Assembly: GCF_046496365.1 (NCBI RefSeq)
Contig: NZ_JAWOHB010000156.1
Coordinates: 19,231-83,230, forward strand
Length of the DNA: 64,000 bases
Reading direction: 5' to 3'
Origin: Desulfosarcina sp.
GTDB lineage: Bacteria > Desulfobacterota > Desulfobacteria > Desulfobacterales > Desulfosarcinaceae
The notes beneath the pieces were generated by a model. It was given only the letters and a program-made list of their open reading frames with translations, ran no database searches and had not been told where the DNA came from. Positions 28,211 through 38,347 of the stretch are shown here, piece by piece. A program made the position numbers and the translations under genes. Every line of letters starts with the position of its first letter. The first letter of the stretch is position 1.

Positions 28211-30547
28211 TTAGAAGCCCTTGAACGGGTTCGGCCCGAGTGCCTCAATGGACTCCACGAAACCGTTGATGATCTGCGGAATCTTGTCGTAGTCGTCGAT
28301 GGCCACTTCAAACTGGGCCACGCGCTCGTTTTCCAGAGCCAGGCTGGCCAGGGCGTCACCGATCTTTTTCATTCGGATTTCAGCCAGTTCGGAGCCTTTG
28401 ACGAAATGGCACTGGTAGTCATCACCGTGTTTGCAGCCCAGCAGAAAGACGCCGTCCATGCCCTGGGACAGGGCATCTTTGATCCAGATTACGTTCATGG
28501 ATCCCAGGCAACGGATCGGAATCAAGCGGACGTCCGCCGAGTAGGACAGCCGGTTGAGACCGACCATATCCAATGCCGGGTAGGCGTCGTTTTCACAAAC
28601 CAGCCCCAGGATACGGTAGGGTGGCTCGCTGTAATCATCTTCGGACGGCACGCGCACGGCTTTGACCATGGAGCCGACACTGTCAATGTTGTAGTCGGCA
28701 AACCCGATGATACGCTCGGGGCAGGCCCCCATGCAGGTGCCGCAGCGACGGCAGCGGGTGGGGTTGGGTTTGGGTGTGCCTTTTTCATCGTCGTCCAGGG
28801 CCCCGAAGGGGCACTCTTCGGTGCAACGCTTGCACTGGGTACAACGCTGGAAGAAGAAGTCCGGGAAGGTCATATCCCCAGAACGCGGATGCACGCTGAC
28901 GCCGCGGTTGACCGACTCCAGGCACTGAATGGCCTTGAGCGCCGCACCGGAAGCATCTTCCATGGCCTCTTCCATGGTCATGGAGCGACGGATGGCGCCA
29001 GCAGCGTAGATACCGGTGCGCTGGGTTTCGTAGGGAAAACAGATGAAGTTGGAATCCACATAACCGTTGAACAGACCGATATCGCGGAAACCCGGACCCT
29101 GGCGGTAAGCCAGGTTGATCACCGGGTCATCCTTGGTCGCCGGAACCATACCGGCGCCCAGAACCACCAGATCCGCCTTGACCTGAAGCTTTTCACCCAG
29201 CAGGGTGTTTTCGGCGTCCACAATCATGCCGCCGCCGTTCTTGGCCACGCCCATCACGGCACCTTTGGTCATGAAGATGCCTGGATCCTGCTGCAACCCC
29301 TTGTAAAAAAGCTCTGAAAAGCCGGGGGTGCGCATGTGCTGGTAAAAAATGAAGGCCTTGCCGTCGGCGTAGTCTTCGCGTACGTACTTGGCCTGTTTCA
29401 GCGCGACCATACTGGTAACCGAACCGGCATAGGCAAAGTCGCTGTCAGATTCATCCTTGCCCGGGCTCTGGACAAAAACCACAGACTTGGCCGGTTTGCC
29501 GTCCGAGGGTCGAACGATCTTACCGGCTTTGGCGATGGCTTCGAACTGATGGTTGGTGATCACGTCGGGCAGCTGACCAAACCCCAGATGGGCGTACTGG
29601 TCACCTTGGAGGTTGTCCGGACGCCAGCCGGCTGCCAGAATGACGGCGCCAAACATCTCGCCGTCTGGGTCCAGCTTGAGGATGTCGTTTTTGCCCTCAT
29701 TGTAAGCCATATATGCTTCGTGAAGTTTCTCGGCATCCAGCTCCTTGCCACTCCCATCCACCTTCATTTCGTCGGGAAGCGGAAAAGGCACGTCGAAGGG
29801 GATTTTCTCCCCGGGTTTTTTGAGGGTGACGGTGAATTCACCGGGCTGACCGGCAATCCGGGCAACTTCTGTCTCGGTTTTAACGGTAATATTGGCAAAG
29901 GATTCGACTTCCTTGATCTTGGCTTCGACTACCGGGGGAATCAGCGCATCGTAGGGTGCGGCTACCGGGATCTGTTTTCGCACCTTGGCTGCGTATCCGC
30001 CCAGGGATGCGGTTTTCTCGACGATGGTGACATCAAAACCGGCCTTGGCTGCGTCAATCGCCGCGGACATACCGGTGATTCCACCGCCCAGAACCAGAAT
30101 TTTTCTGGACAGGTTCTCCACCAGGTAGGGCTCCGGCAGCTTGATCTTCTCCACACGGATCATGCCCATCTTAATATAGTCTTCGGCCATCATCTGAACA
30201 CGGTCAAATTTGTCCTCGTCGTCCTTCTCTTCTTCGGTCAATGCCGGGAAGACGCTGCGGGGGTGCGACCAGACGACCCCTTCACGCAGATTGACGCGGT
30301 CCACGATGCAGCCGTCGAAACGGAAGATATCAAACATGACCCGGCGGGAACAGGCCGCGATGACCAGGGTGTTGGTACCGCCGGCAACATCTTTTTTTAG
30401 CAGTTCAACACCCGCACTGCTGCACAGGGAAGGGTGGGTTTTGACCGGCACCCCCTCCTCTTCCGGAATCCCGCACAGGGCCTTTACATCAAGGGATTCC
30501 CCGATGCCACAACCTTCGCAGATATATACACCATACTTTTTATCCAT
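28211..30547 (-). CDS. qmoB: QmoB (HdrA-like FAD/Fe-S domain + MvhD-like domain)
   Basis: GGGITG FAD site, CTQCKRCTEECP and CRRCGTCMGACP, C-terminal MvhD-like CENDAY...RCLGS...GCKHGDDYQCH. Confidence 0.95.
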   Translation of the reverse strand: MDKKYGVYICEGCGIGESLDVKALCGIPEEEGVPVKTHPSLCSSAGVELLKKDVAGGTNTLVIAACSRRVMFDIFRFDGCIVDRVNLREGVVWSHPRSVFPALTEEEKDDEDKFDRVQMMAEDYIKMGMIRVEKIKLPEPYLVENLSRKILVLGGGITGMSAAIDAAKAGFDVTIVEKTASLGGYAAKVRKQIPVAAPYDALIPPVVEAKIKEVESFANITVKTETEVARIAGQPGEFTVTLKKPGEKIPFDVPFPLPDEMKVDGSGKELDAEKLHEAYMAYNEGKNDILKLDPDGEMFGAVILAAGWRPDNLQGDQYAHLGFGQLPDVITNHQFEAIAKAGKIVRPSDGKPAKSVVFVQSPGKDESDSDFAYAGSVTSMVALKQAKYVREDYADGKAFIFYQHMRTPGFSELFYKGLQQDPGIFMTKGAVMGVAKNGGGMIVDAENTLLGEKLQVKADLVVLGAGMVPATKDDPVINLAYRQGPGFRDIGLFNGYVDSNFICFPYETQRTGIYAAGAIRRSMTMEEAMEDASGAALKAIQCLESVNRGVSVHPRSGDMTFPDFFFQRCTQCKRCTEECPFGALDDDEKGTPKPNPTRCRRCGTCMGACPERIIGFADYNIDSVGSMVKAVRVPSEDDYSEPPYRILGLVCENDAYPALDMVGLNRLSYSADVRLIPIRCLGSMNVIWIKDALSQGMDGVFLLGCKHGDDYQCHFVKGSELAEIRMKKIGDALASLALENERVAQFEVAIDDYDKIPQIINGFVESIEALGPNPFKGF

Positions 30548-30557
30548 GGATTACCTC

Positions 30558-31835
30558 CTACCTTTTCACCAGGGTTTGAATGGCTTTCAGGGCCATGCCG
30601 GTCGCATTCTGATTCGATGAGACCACATCTGCCGGCTTGGTGGCGCAGCCGGCGCCAAACATGCCGCCCTTTTCAAAGTCATTGATGATGAATCCGTCAT
30701 CGTTGGTCTTCAGATCGGCAGGCAGCTTGGTGTTGGCCGCGGAGGGTTGCATTCCCGTGGCCAGAACAACCATCTCCACCGTCTGGTGAATCTTTTCCCC
30801 GGTGACCGCATTTTCGGCAACCACGGTGATGTTCTTGGTGGCCGGATCTTCGCTGACCTCGGCGACTTTGCCCTTGATCAGGATGACGTTCTTATCTTCT
30901 TTGATCTTGTTGTAGAACTTTTCATACCGGTCGCCAGGCGAACGGATATCGATGTAAAAAATATATACCTTGGTGTCCGGATACTGTTCGCGGATGTAGG
31001 TGGCATGCTTAAGGGAGGCCATGCAGCAGATGTAGGAACAGTAGGGCAGGTGATTTTCATCCCGGGATCCGGCGCACTGGACAAAGGCCACACTCGCCGG
31101 TGCCTTGTCATCCGACGGGCGAACGATTTTACCGTGAGTGGGACCCGATTTTGAAGCCAGACGCTCCAGCATCATGTTGGTGATTATGTTATCGTACTGA
31201 CCGAAACCCAGGTTGTCGATCCGATGGGCGTCGTAGGGTTCCCAGCCGGTGGCCCAGACGATGGCACCCACGGGCAGGACAACGGTCTTGGCCTGCATGT
31301 CCAGATCCACCGCATCGTATTTACAGGCTTCTTTGACCTTGATCGCATCGTCGGTGCCGATGATCTGCGGTGAAATGACGAATTTCGCCGGAAATGCCAT
31401 TTCAAAGGGTAGATAGGCCGCTGTTGTTTTGCACATGCCGAAGTTGTAGTCATCGGTTATTTCCGTCTGGCAGGCGTCGGCGCAGGCGCCGCAACAGGTG
31501 CAGTTCGCGTTTACGTAACGGGGGCTGATTTTAACGCTGACATTGTAGTTGCCTGGCGTGCCGTCCACCTTTTCGACTTCCGCCAGGGTAAACACCTTGA
31601 TTCTGGGATTGTCCTTGATCCGTCTGAAGTTGATTTCCAATCCGCAGGAGGGCGGGCATAGCTTGGGAAAATATTGATTCAGCTGTGCAACTCTTCCGCC
31701 CAGATAAGGATTCTTTTCGACCAGAAACACTTCATACCCCACTTCAGCGGCCTCGATGGCCGTGGTCAGGCCGGCGATGCCGCCGCCGACCACCATAATG
31801 CTTCCACTCGCAGGGGCTGCTTTGTCGTTTGTCAT
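30558..31835 (-). CDS. qmoA: QmoA (HdrA-like flavoprotein)
   Basis: GGGIAG, FPKLCPPSCG and QCAGSRDE..YCSYICC motifs. Confidence 0.95.
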   Translation of the reverse strand: MTNDKAAPASGSIMVVGGGIAGLTTAIEAAEVGYEVFLVEKNPYLGGRVAQLNQYFPKLCPPSCGLEINFRRIKDNPRIKVFTLAEVEKVDGTPGNYNVSVKISPRYVNANCTCCGACADACQTEITDDYNFGMCKTTAAYLPFEMAFPAKFVISPQIIGTDDAIKVKEACKYDAVDLDMQAKTVVLPVGAIVWATGWEPYDAHRIDNLGFGQYDNIITNMMLERLASKSGPTHGKIVRPSDDKAPASVAFVQCAGSRDENHLPYCSYICCMASLKHATYIREQYPDTKVYIFYIDIRSPGDRYEKFYNKIKEDKNVILIKGKVAEVSEDPATKNITVVAENAVTGEKIHQTVEMVVLATGMQPSAANTKLPADLKTNDDGFIINDFEKGGMFGAGCATKPADVVSSNQNATGMALKAIQTLVKR

Positions 31836-31926
31836 GCTATCCCTCCGTGCATCAACGTTTCTAAAAGGTCATGAAAACAAGTTGTCCATAAAAACTGCCA
31901 ATGGTTTCGGGTAATACCTTTTTATT

Positions 31927-31991
31927 GAAACCGGAAACGGGGAGCTGGAAACCGCTGGCCCGAATGATCCGGGTCTCCAGCTGCCGGTTTC
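31927..31991. repeat. Heptamer-repeat inverted (hairpin) element in the qmoA leader
   Basis: GAAACCG/GAAACGG/GGAGCTG/GAAACCG units pair with CCAGCT..CCGGTTTC; inner CCCG/CGGG stem. Confidence 0.55.
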
Positions 31992-32102
31992 ACGCTCCAA
32001 TACAGTCCGGGAGTGGTACACTGGTTTTGTGGGAACCCCAGCCACATTCTCCCAGATGGGTACTACCCGAAAACAGAAAAACCCACACCGATCCACGTTA
32101 AT

Positions 32103-32137
32103 AAAAACCTCCAGGTGTCGCAAGGACACCTGGAGGT
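32103..32137 (-). terminator. Rho-independent terminator after aprA
   Basis: ACCTCCAGGTGTC-loop-GACACCTGGAGGT followed by a T-run on the minus strand. Confidence 0.85.
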
Positions 32138-32174
32138 ACTTTCCTATTCGACTAATGTGTCAGCCGTCATGCCA

Positions 32175-34151
32175 TTACGGGATGATTTTGATGTAGTCTT
32201 TCTTGAAGATATCCCATTTTTTTGCAGCCGGATCGTACTTGGAGTTGACGAAGCAGAACCAGTTCTCGTCATCCTGGCCCGGATAGTCCGCCTGATAGTA
32301 GAAGCCCGGATAGCGGGTCTCTTTGCGGTACTGGATATGGCGCAGGTGGGCCTCCACCGTCCAGATGCGGTGTTCGATTTCCCAGCATCTCATCAGCTCG
32401 TGCAGATCACCGGCCGCCAGCTTGGCACAGTCTTCGCGCATGGTCTTGAGCAGATCCATGACCACTTCCAGGGATTTGGTGGTGGTCATGTAGTAGGTGG
32501 CGGTACCGGCACCATACTCATGGGTGGCCTTCATCAGACGATACATCATGCCGTTGGGTTTGATGTAGTTGGGGTTGATGTCGATGGCGGTGGTATAGTC
32601 CTTGTGATCCAGGAAGGTGCGGACAGGCTTGTAGACCAAATCCACCAGCTCTTCCTTGGACTGCTTCAGGGTCGGTTTGAAATCAGCAAAGTCGCTGGCG
32701 AACCGCACCATCTGCTTGGCGGCGATGCGACCTTCGGCATGCGAACCCGAAGAGAACTTGTGGCCGGAGCAGCCCACGCCGTCGCCTGAGGTAAACAGGC
32801 CTTCCACCGTGGTCATGCGGTTGTATACCTTGCCATTGCGGGCTTTGAGCTTGTATGCATCCGGAACCCAGTCATAATCCGGGCCGGAGGTCCACAGACC
32901 GCAGCAGCCGGAGTGGGAACCCAGCAGGTAAGGCTCGGTGGGCATGACTTCGGAATTCTTTTTCTCCGGCTCGCAGTCCTGGGCACACCACAGGTTGGCC
33001 TGGCCGCAGGTCATGTCCAAAAAGTCTTCCCAGGCTTCGGACTCGAGGTGCTTGAGCTCCTTCTTGTCCATGGTTTTGCCCAACTCGGCCAGAGCGGTCA
33101 CGGTATCCATCATGATCGGGCCGCGGCCTTCTTTCATTTCGACCAGCATCAGATGGTTACGCAGGCAGGTCGGGGTAATGGCGGCGGTACCGTAGGGTGC
33201 ATATTTCTGCAGCTCGGCTTTGGAGTGGTCACTGGCGGCAAAGTTTTCGCCCAGGCCATTGAGGGTCTTGGCCTTGAACAGCAGGAACCAGGCACCCACC
33301 GGGCCGTATCCGTCTTTAAAACGGGCCGGGGTGAAGCGGTTTTCCATCATGGACAGCTCGGCGCCGACCTTCATGGTCATGGTGTAAGTGGAACCGGCAT
33401 TCCATACCGGGTACCAGGCGCGGCCTTTGCCTTCGCCGACCGAACGGGGCTGGTAGATGTTCACTGCACCGCCGCAGGCAACCATCATGGTCTTGCATTT
33501 GATGATGTAGACTTTGTTTTCACGAACGGAGAAACCAACGGCTCCGGCAATCTGATTGGGCACCGTGGCATCCAGGAGCAGCTCGACGATGAAGCAGCGC
33601 TCGATGATATTGTCGTCACCCAGGGCCAGTTTGGCGGCTTCAGCGACAATGCGCTTGTAGGACTCGCCGTTGATCATGATCTGCCATTTGCCGGTGCGCA
33701 CCGGTTTGGCGCCACCCTTCAGGGTCCCCATTTTCTGACCCTTTTTACCGTCCAGGTTCTTGCCCTCTTCATTTTTTTTCCAGATCGGCAGGCCCCACTC
33801 TTCGAACAGATGAACGGAATCGTCAACATAGCAACCCAGATCATAGATCAGGTCTTCACGGACCAAACCCATCAGGTCGTTGCGTACCATGCGAACATAG
33901 TCTTCCGGAGAGTTTTCACCCACATAGGTATTGATGGCGGAGAGACCCTGGGCAACTGCACCGGATCTTTCCATGGCGGCTTTGTCGCAAAGCAGGACAG
34001 TCTGGCCGTCTTTCATCCATTTTTTTACTTCAAATGCCGTACCGCAGGCAGCCATACCACCACCGACGATGAGGATGTCGACCTCTTTTTCGACGACTTC
34101 GGGATCCCGCACGGCCTTGAGCTCACCCACAGGTTTATTCGGTAATGCCAT
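32175..34151 (-). CDS. aprA: Adenylylsulfate reductase alpha subunit
   Basis: RSGAVAQGLSAINTY, GKWQIMINGESYK and GHKFSSGSHAEGR motifs. Confidence 0.98.
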   Translation of the reverse strand: MALPNKPVGELKAVRDPEVVEKEVDILIVGGGMAACGTAFEVKKWMKDGQTVLLCDKAAMERSGAVAQGLSAINTYVGENSPEDYVRMVRNDLMGLVREDLIYDLGCYVDDSVHLFEEWGLPIWKKNEEGKNLDGKKGQKMGTLKGGAKPVRTGKWQIMINGESYKRIVAEAAKLALGDDNIIERCFIVELLLDATVPNQIAGAVGFSVRENKVYIIKCKTMMVACGGAVNIYQPRSVGEGKGRAWYPVWNAGSTYTMTMKVGAELSMMENRFTPARFKDGYGPVGAWFLLFKAKTLNGLGENFAASDHSKAELQKYAPYGTAAITPTCLRNHLMLVEMKEGRGPIMMDTVTALAELGKTMDKKELKHLESEAWEDFLDMTCGQANLWCAQDCEPEKKNSEVMPTEPYLLGSHSGCCGLWTSGPDYDWVPDAYKLKARNGKVYNRMTTVEGLFTSGDGVGCSGHKFSSGSHAEGRIAAKQMVRFASDFADFKPTLKQSKEELVDLVYKPVRTFLDHKDYTTAIDINPNYIKPNGMMYRLMKATHEYGAGTATYYMTTTKSLEVVMDLLKTMREDCAKLAAGDLHELMRCWEIEHRIWTVEAHLRHIQYRKETRYPGFYYQADYPGQDDENWFCFVNSKYDPAAKKWDIFKKDYIKIIP

Positions 34152-34215
34152 ATTTTATCCTCCTGTAGAAAATCGAATTCTTGAATTTATCTCACCAGCA
34201 AACAATGGACCGGAA

Positions 34216-34647
34216 TTAAACCTTCGGGGTCGGAATGGTGTATCCGTCAGCCTCTTGGGTGGAAAGCAGTCCACTTTCGAGGTCCTTGCCCTTGAGGTTG
34301 GCGTAGGCATTGGCCTGGCCTTCGGGGGTGGTCCGGATGGGGAACTTGAAGCGTTTGATGAGTCCGTTTCTGAACTTACAGGTCCACATGACATCTTCGG
34401 TGCCCATCATGGGCATGATGGAGCTTCCCATCGGAACAAAGTCTGCGTAGCCGCGTACTTCAATGGCCTGGGTGGGACAGATTTTTACGCAGGAAAAGCA
34501 TTCCCAGCATTGATCCGGCTCCTGGTTGTAGGCTTTCATGGCGTTGGGATCCAGCACCATCAGATCATTGGGACAAATGTACATGCAAGCGGTCTTGTCA
34601 CCACCCTTGCAGCCGTCACATTTTTCCTGAATTACAAAACTTGGCAT
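34216..34647 (-). CDS. aprB: Adenylylsulfate reductase beta subunit
   Basis: CDGCKG..ACMYICP, CWECFSCVKICP and KRFKFPIRTT motifs. Confidence 0.98.
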   Translation of the reverse strand: MPSFVIQEKCDGCKGGDKTACMYICPNDLMVLDPNAMKAYNQEPDQCWECFSCVKICPTQAIEVRGYADFVPMGSSIMPMMGTEDVMWTCKFRNGLIKRFKFPIRTTPEGQANAYANLKGKDLESGLLSTQEADGYTIPTPKV

Positions 34648-35206
34648 TTAGTATACCTCCTACGGTTAGTTAGAAAGATTTCACTCAACCTGCTTCCGAA
34701 ACTAAGGATTAGACCTCCTGTTCCTCGCACCTCCCTTCCATAGATTAAGTGCCCGAATGGTTCGATCCGGACAGTTACACCGGGTAAACAAAAATACCCC
34801 TTACTCTGTTTTCACAAAACACGTCGCGTGTATGGATCCAATGCGCTGCGGCATTGATTTGTTCTATCGAATATATCGTATAAATTCGGGAAGATAGTCA
34901 TTGTGTAACACAAGGTAAGATCAATACCATCCAGCATGTTCATTGTCAAGAATTTTCGGCGCCATAAAATCCCAAAAGATGCAGTCACTTACCTTCAAAC
35001 AGGCGATAGCCTACATATGGTTGAACCTTCCGGCAGAGGTACAATATGTGGTGGAAAAACCTGCCCACGCCTAACCTTTGCAACCGGTTTAAATCGATTG
35101 CCGATTCGTACGATTGGCTTATCAGGCCCAAATTGAGGTTGACACGGGCACCCAGCATGTTAGCACTGACTGATCGCTCACAAACCGACCCTGCAGGAAA
35201 CCGGCT

Positions 35207-35971
35207 ATGCATAACCTGGTCACGCCCCTGGAAAAAAATCAGACCTTCTGTTTCAGCTGCTCGCCGCAGGTGGCCTGCTTCAACAGGTGCTGTCGGGATC
35301 TGAACCAGGTGTTGACCCCCTATGACGTGTTGTGCCTCAAGCAGTTTCTAGAGATCTCCTCCGCTGATTTCCTCAACAGCTACACCGAAAAAAGCACCGG
35401 CCCCGCAACGGGCCTGCCGGTCGTCTCACTGCGGTTCAAGGACGCGGGTGATCTGGCCTGCCCCTTTGTGACCGATGCCGGCTGCCGCGTATACCCTGCC
35501 CGGCCCGCCTCCTGCCGCACCTATCCGCTGGCCCGGGGGGTCTCACGCAACCGGGAAACCGGTATGCTGACCGAACAATGGGCACTGATTCGAGAGTCCC
35601 ATTGCCTGGGATTCAGGCGTGGTGAGCGGCAGACGGTTGACCAATGGGTGGATGCCCAGCAGCTTGCCGACCACAACCGCATGAATGATATGATGCTGGA
35701 ATTGATCAGCCATAAAAATCGTTATCGGCCAGACCCGCTGCGGCCTGCCGAAAACCAGCAGGTATACACCGCCCTGTACAATCTGGACCGGTTTCGCGAT
35801 GGGATCTTTAAAAAGGACGACCCCTTAGCGATCACCGTCGATACCCGGGCCCTTGACCGTGCCCGATCCAGCGACCTGGAGCTGCTGCAGGTTGGCATAA
35901 AGTGGGTCATAAACAACCTATTGGAACCTCCCCGCGGCAAGCCGCGGGGAGGGTTCACCGGAAGGATATAA
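35207..35971 (+). CDS. YkgJ family cysteine-cluster protein
   Basis: FSC...CFNRCC and CPF....GCRVY..RPASCRTYP motifs. Confidence 0.85.
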   Translation: MHNLVTPLEKNQTFCFSCSPQVACFNRCCRDLNQVLTPYDVLCLKQFLEISSADFLNSYTEKSTGPATGLPVVSLRFKDAGDLACPFVTDAGCRVYPARPASCRTYPLARGVSRNRETGMLTEQWALIRESHCLGFRRGERQTVDQWVDAQQLADHNRMNDMMLELISHKNRYRPDPLRPAENQQVYTALYNLDRFRDGIFKKDDPLAITVDTRALDRARSSDLELLQVGIKWVINNLLEPPRGKPRGGFTGRI

Positions 35972-36040
35972 AAGCAATTTCCTGCTCGCTCGCTAACCCC
36001 GCCGCAAGCAGCGGGGAATGCGCTCGCTGTCGCGGTTCAA
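35921..36040. mobile_element. REP/MITE-like element with two GCAA-loop hairpins
   Basis: CCCCGCGGCAAGCCGCGGGG (35930-35949) and CCCCGCCGCAAGCAGCGGGG (35997-36016); ends TTGGAACC...GGTTCAA. Confidence 0.6.
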
Positions 36041-36063
36041 CGCATCCATGGGAGCGCCCGAAA

Positions 36064-36903
36064 ATGAAAACCGATGCCAAAGTGGCCCTGGTGCTTGGCG
36101 GCATCAAGGGCATTGGAAAGGCCATCGCTCTTGATCTGCTTCGCCGCGGTCACCGGGTGGCGGCCACCTGGCATGACTGGCCGGAAAGCCTGGCCGCCAT
36201 GCAAAACGATTTTGCAGACACGGGAACGGACCATTTGATCGAACGGATCGACCTGCTGGAAACCGATGCAATTTCCGGCCTGGTTCAACGGACCGTGAAC
36301 CATTTTGGCCGCCTGGACATCCTGATCAACAACATTGAACGGGGAGGGTGGCCGGTCGTTCATGGTCGATACACCTGCAATCAGTGGGATCTGGAGATGG
36401 CCACCACCCTGCGTGCCAAACAGTGGGTGTTCGACGCGGCCCTGCCCCATCTCAAGGCCTCGGAAGACGGGGCGGTCGTCAACATATCGTCCATTGCCGC
36501 AATTGTCGGTCGCTGCGGCCCGGCCAGTCTTCTTTTCAACGAAGGGTATGCGGCTGCCAATCGCGGCATTTCACTGCTCACGGAAACCTGGGCGCGGCTG
36601 GGTAGACCCCATGTGCGGGTCAACGAACTGATGCTGGGCATCTTTGAAACGCGGCACGGACCGGACACCCGGGGCTGGGGCTTGCTGACCGACCGTCAGC
36701 GGCAAGCCATCATCGATCACACCCTGCTGGCCAGAATCGGCCAGGTGGACGACGTGGTCCGGGCCATCCGGTTTCTGCTGGACGACGCCCCGTTCATGAC
36801 CGGCAGCGTAATGCGACTGGACGGCGGCTACTTTTTAGGCGGGGAATCCGTCGCGCCCATGCCCGAAGGGGTCATATCGCATTCGGGTGGCGGGCTCAAA
36901 TAA
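36064..36903 (+). CDS. SDR family oxidoreductase
   Basis: GGIKGIG, LDILINN, NISS and YAAAN (Lys of YxxxK replaced by Asn). Confidence 0.88.
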   Translation: MKTDAKVALVLGGIKGIGKAIALDLLRRGHRVAATWHDWPESLAAMQNDFADTGTDHLIERIDLLETDAISGLVQRTVNHFGRLDILINNIERGGWPVVHGRYTCNQWDLEMATTLRAKQWVFDAALPHLKASEDGAVVNISSIAAIVGRCGPASLLFNEGYAAANRGISLLTETWARLGRPHVRVNELMLGIFETRHGPDTRGWGLLTDRQRQAIIDHTLLARIGQVDDVVRAIRFLLDDAPFMTGSVMRLDGGYFLGGESVAPMPEGVISHSGGGLK

Positions 36904-37026
36904 ATCCAAAAAGATGTCGCCGAATGTAGCCGCCTCGTCAAGGCGGGGAAAAAGGCACATCGTTGTTGTATGGACGCTTTTGGCCAACCCCGGAAATCGG
37001 CCGACAGGCAAGCAGCGTTGTGCCGG

Positions 37027-37953
37027 TTAAGTCAGGACAGCGCCTGAAGCGTACCTATGTTTCAACGCCTCCACGATCCGGCTGCGGCGCAACCGCGCTT
37101 TAGGATCAGGGTCGTCCCCCGCCAGAATTTCCGTCAGATAGACCCGCTGGTTTTCGATGGCTCGCTGATAAAGGTCTTCATCAATACGCCATCGGGCCTT
37201 GAAATGGTGGATCATAAAACGGTTGGAAGCGGACAGCTGGTTTTCAATTCGGTCCGCCATACGAATGTAAAAGGCCTTTGACTGTCTCAGCAGATCCAGT
37301 TCGTCATCATAGTCGTCGATGCGGGCCTCGGATAGCTCGTAAAACAAGAAGAGCAGCTTTTCCAGATAGGTACGATCAGCCATCTGGGCCAGGATATCCG
37401 CCCCGGCCAGCATCTTGCCGATCCGTTCGGTGGCGTCATCGGGGAATGGAACCGATGCCAGATCACAGTTGAGGTCGGTGCAGTGAATCATCGCCATGCA
37501 GGCATAGGCGTCGCTTTCCTGCAGGCCGAAGGCCGCGAAGTGTCGCTGGGCGAAGTCCATACTCCGCCTCACATGGCTGATCGTGTACTTGGCCCCGGTG
37601 CCTTCCGAGTCTTCCCTGTTCTGCAGGTATCCCGCATCGTGCAGCAGGGCCGCCACCAGCCCCTGGTGCACCTGCCGGGGGGAAAAATGGCTTCCCGTCT
37701 CCACGGCGCCATGAAAAAGCCGGACCATGGCCAGAAAACAATCGGTGATATGCTTGAGGTTGTGATAATCGGTGTTACAGCCTTTGATGTCTTCCCATTC
37801 GCCCGCATACAGCGATACGGTCTGGTTGAATGCGGACCGTATGGCCAATGTGTCCATAAGCGGATAAAACTGTCCGACAACGGTTATCGCTTCGTCCAAA
37901 ACCGCCTGCGGCGATTCCATTTGCACCAGATTGGCCAGCTGGATTTCTGCCAT
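37027..37953 (-). CDS. HD-domain metal-dependent phosphohydrolase
   Basis: YHNLKH, LLHDAGY, HVRRS and ADILAQ motifs. Confidence 0.8.
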   Translation of the reverse strand: MAEIQLANLVQMESPQAVLDEAITVVGQFYPLMDTLAIRSAFNQTVSLYAGEWEDIKGCNTDYHNLKHITDCFLAMVRLFHGAVETGSHFSPRQVHQGLVAALLHDAGYLQNREDSEGTGAKYTISHVRRSMDFAQRHFAAFGLQESDAYACMAMIHCTDLNCDLASVPFPDDATERIGKMLAGADILAQMADRTYLEKLLFLFYELSEARIDDYDDELDLLRQSKAFYIRMADRIENQLSASNRFMIHHFKARWRIDEDLYQRAIENQRVYLTEILAGDDPDPKARLRRSRIVEALKHRYASGAVLT

Positions 37954-38347
37954 GCCCGGGTTACCCTTCCTCTTGGACCGAGAATGCGAGCGCAATCCCT
38001 GCTGCTTGCGGCAGGGACCTGTCAGTCCAATTGCCCCGACGGTACCGGACGGCTGCACACCAGGGACAGGGATGGACCGTTTCATCCAAACGCTCGATCA
38101 CAGCGTTTTTCCTGCCATGGTTCAGCCTAAACTTCAACTCTTATCTGCATCTCCTCGATGATCGGGGTCGCTGTTCGACCGCATCAGCCCCTGGCTATTG
38201 CGGTTCAACAGGATTGTTGATACATGTTGGCCCATGGCGGTTGAGCCATGCTCCAGACCAGTCAACCATCAACTGATCGACAAACGGCCCTGTTCTTTTT
38301 GTTTCAGCGCCTACGGGACCCTTTTGCCAGGTTGAGGAACAGACCAA

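Noticed and set aside
32913-34145. 410-aa plus-strand ORF (and similar long ORFs at 28406-29317, 29336-30400, 2886-3860, 3497-4459, 46315-47346)
   Set aside because: Antisense shadows of conserved genes in GC-rich DNA with biased codon usage; no recognisable motifs
26991-34647. Selenocysteine (in-frame TGA) recoding in qmo/apr genes
   Set aside because: All frames are full length with Cys at the expected motif positions
35159-35185. TTAGCACT resembling a CIRCE half-site
   Set aside because: No matching GAGTGCTAA arm; no CIRCE seen before clpB either
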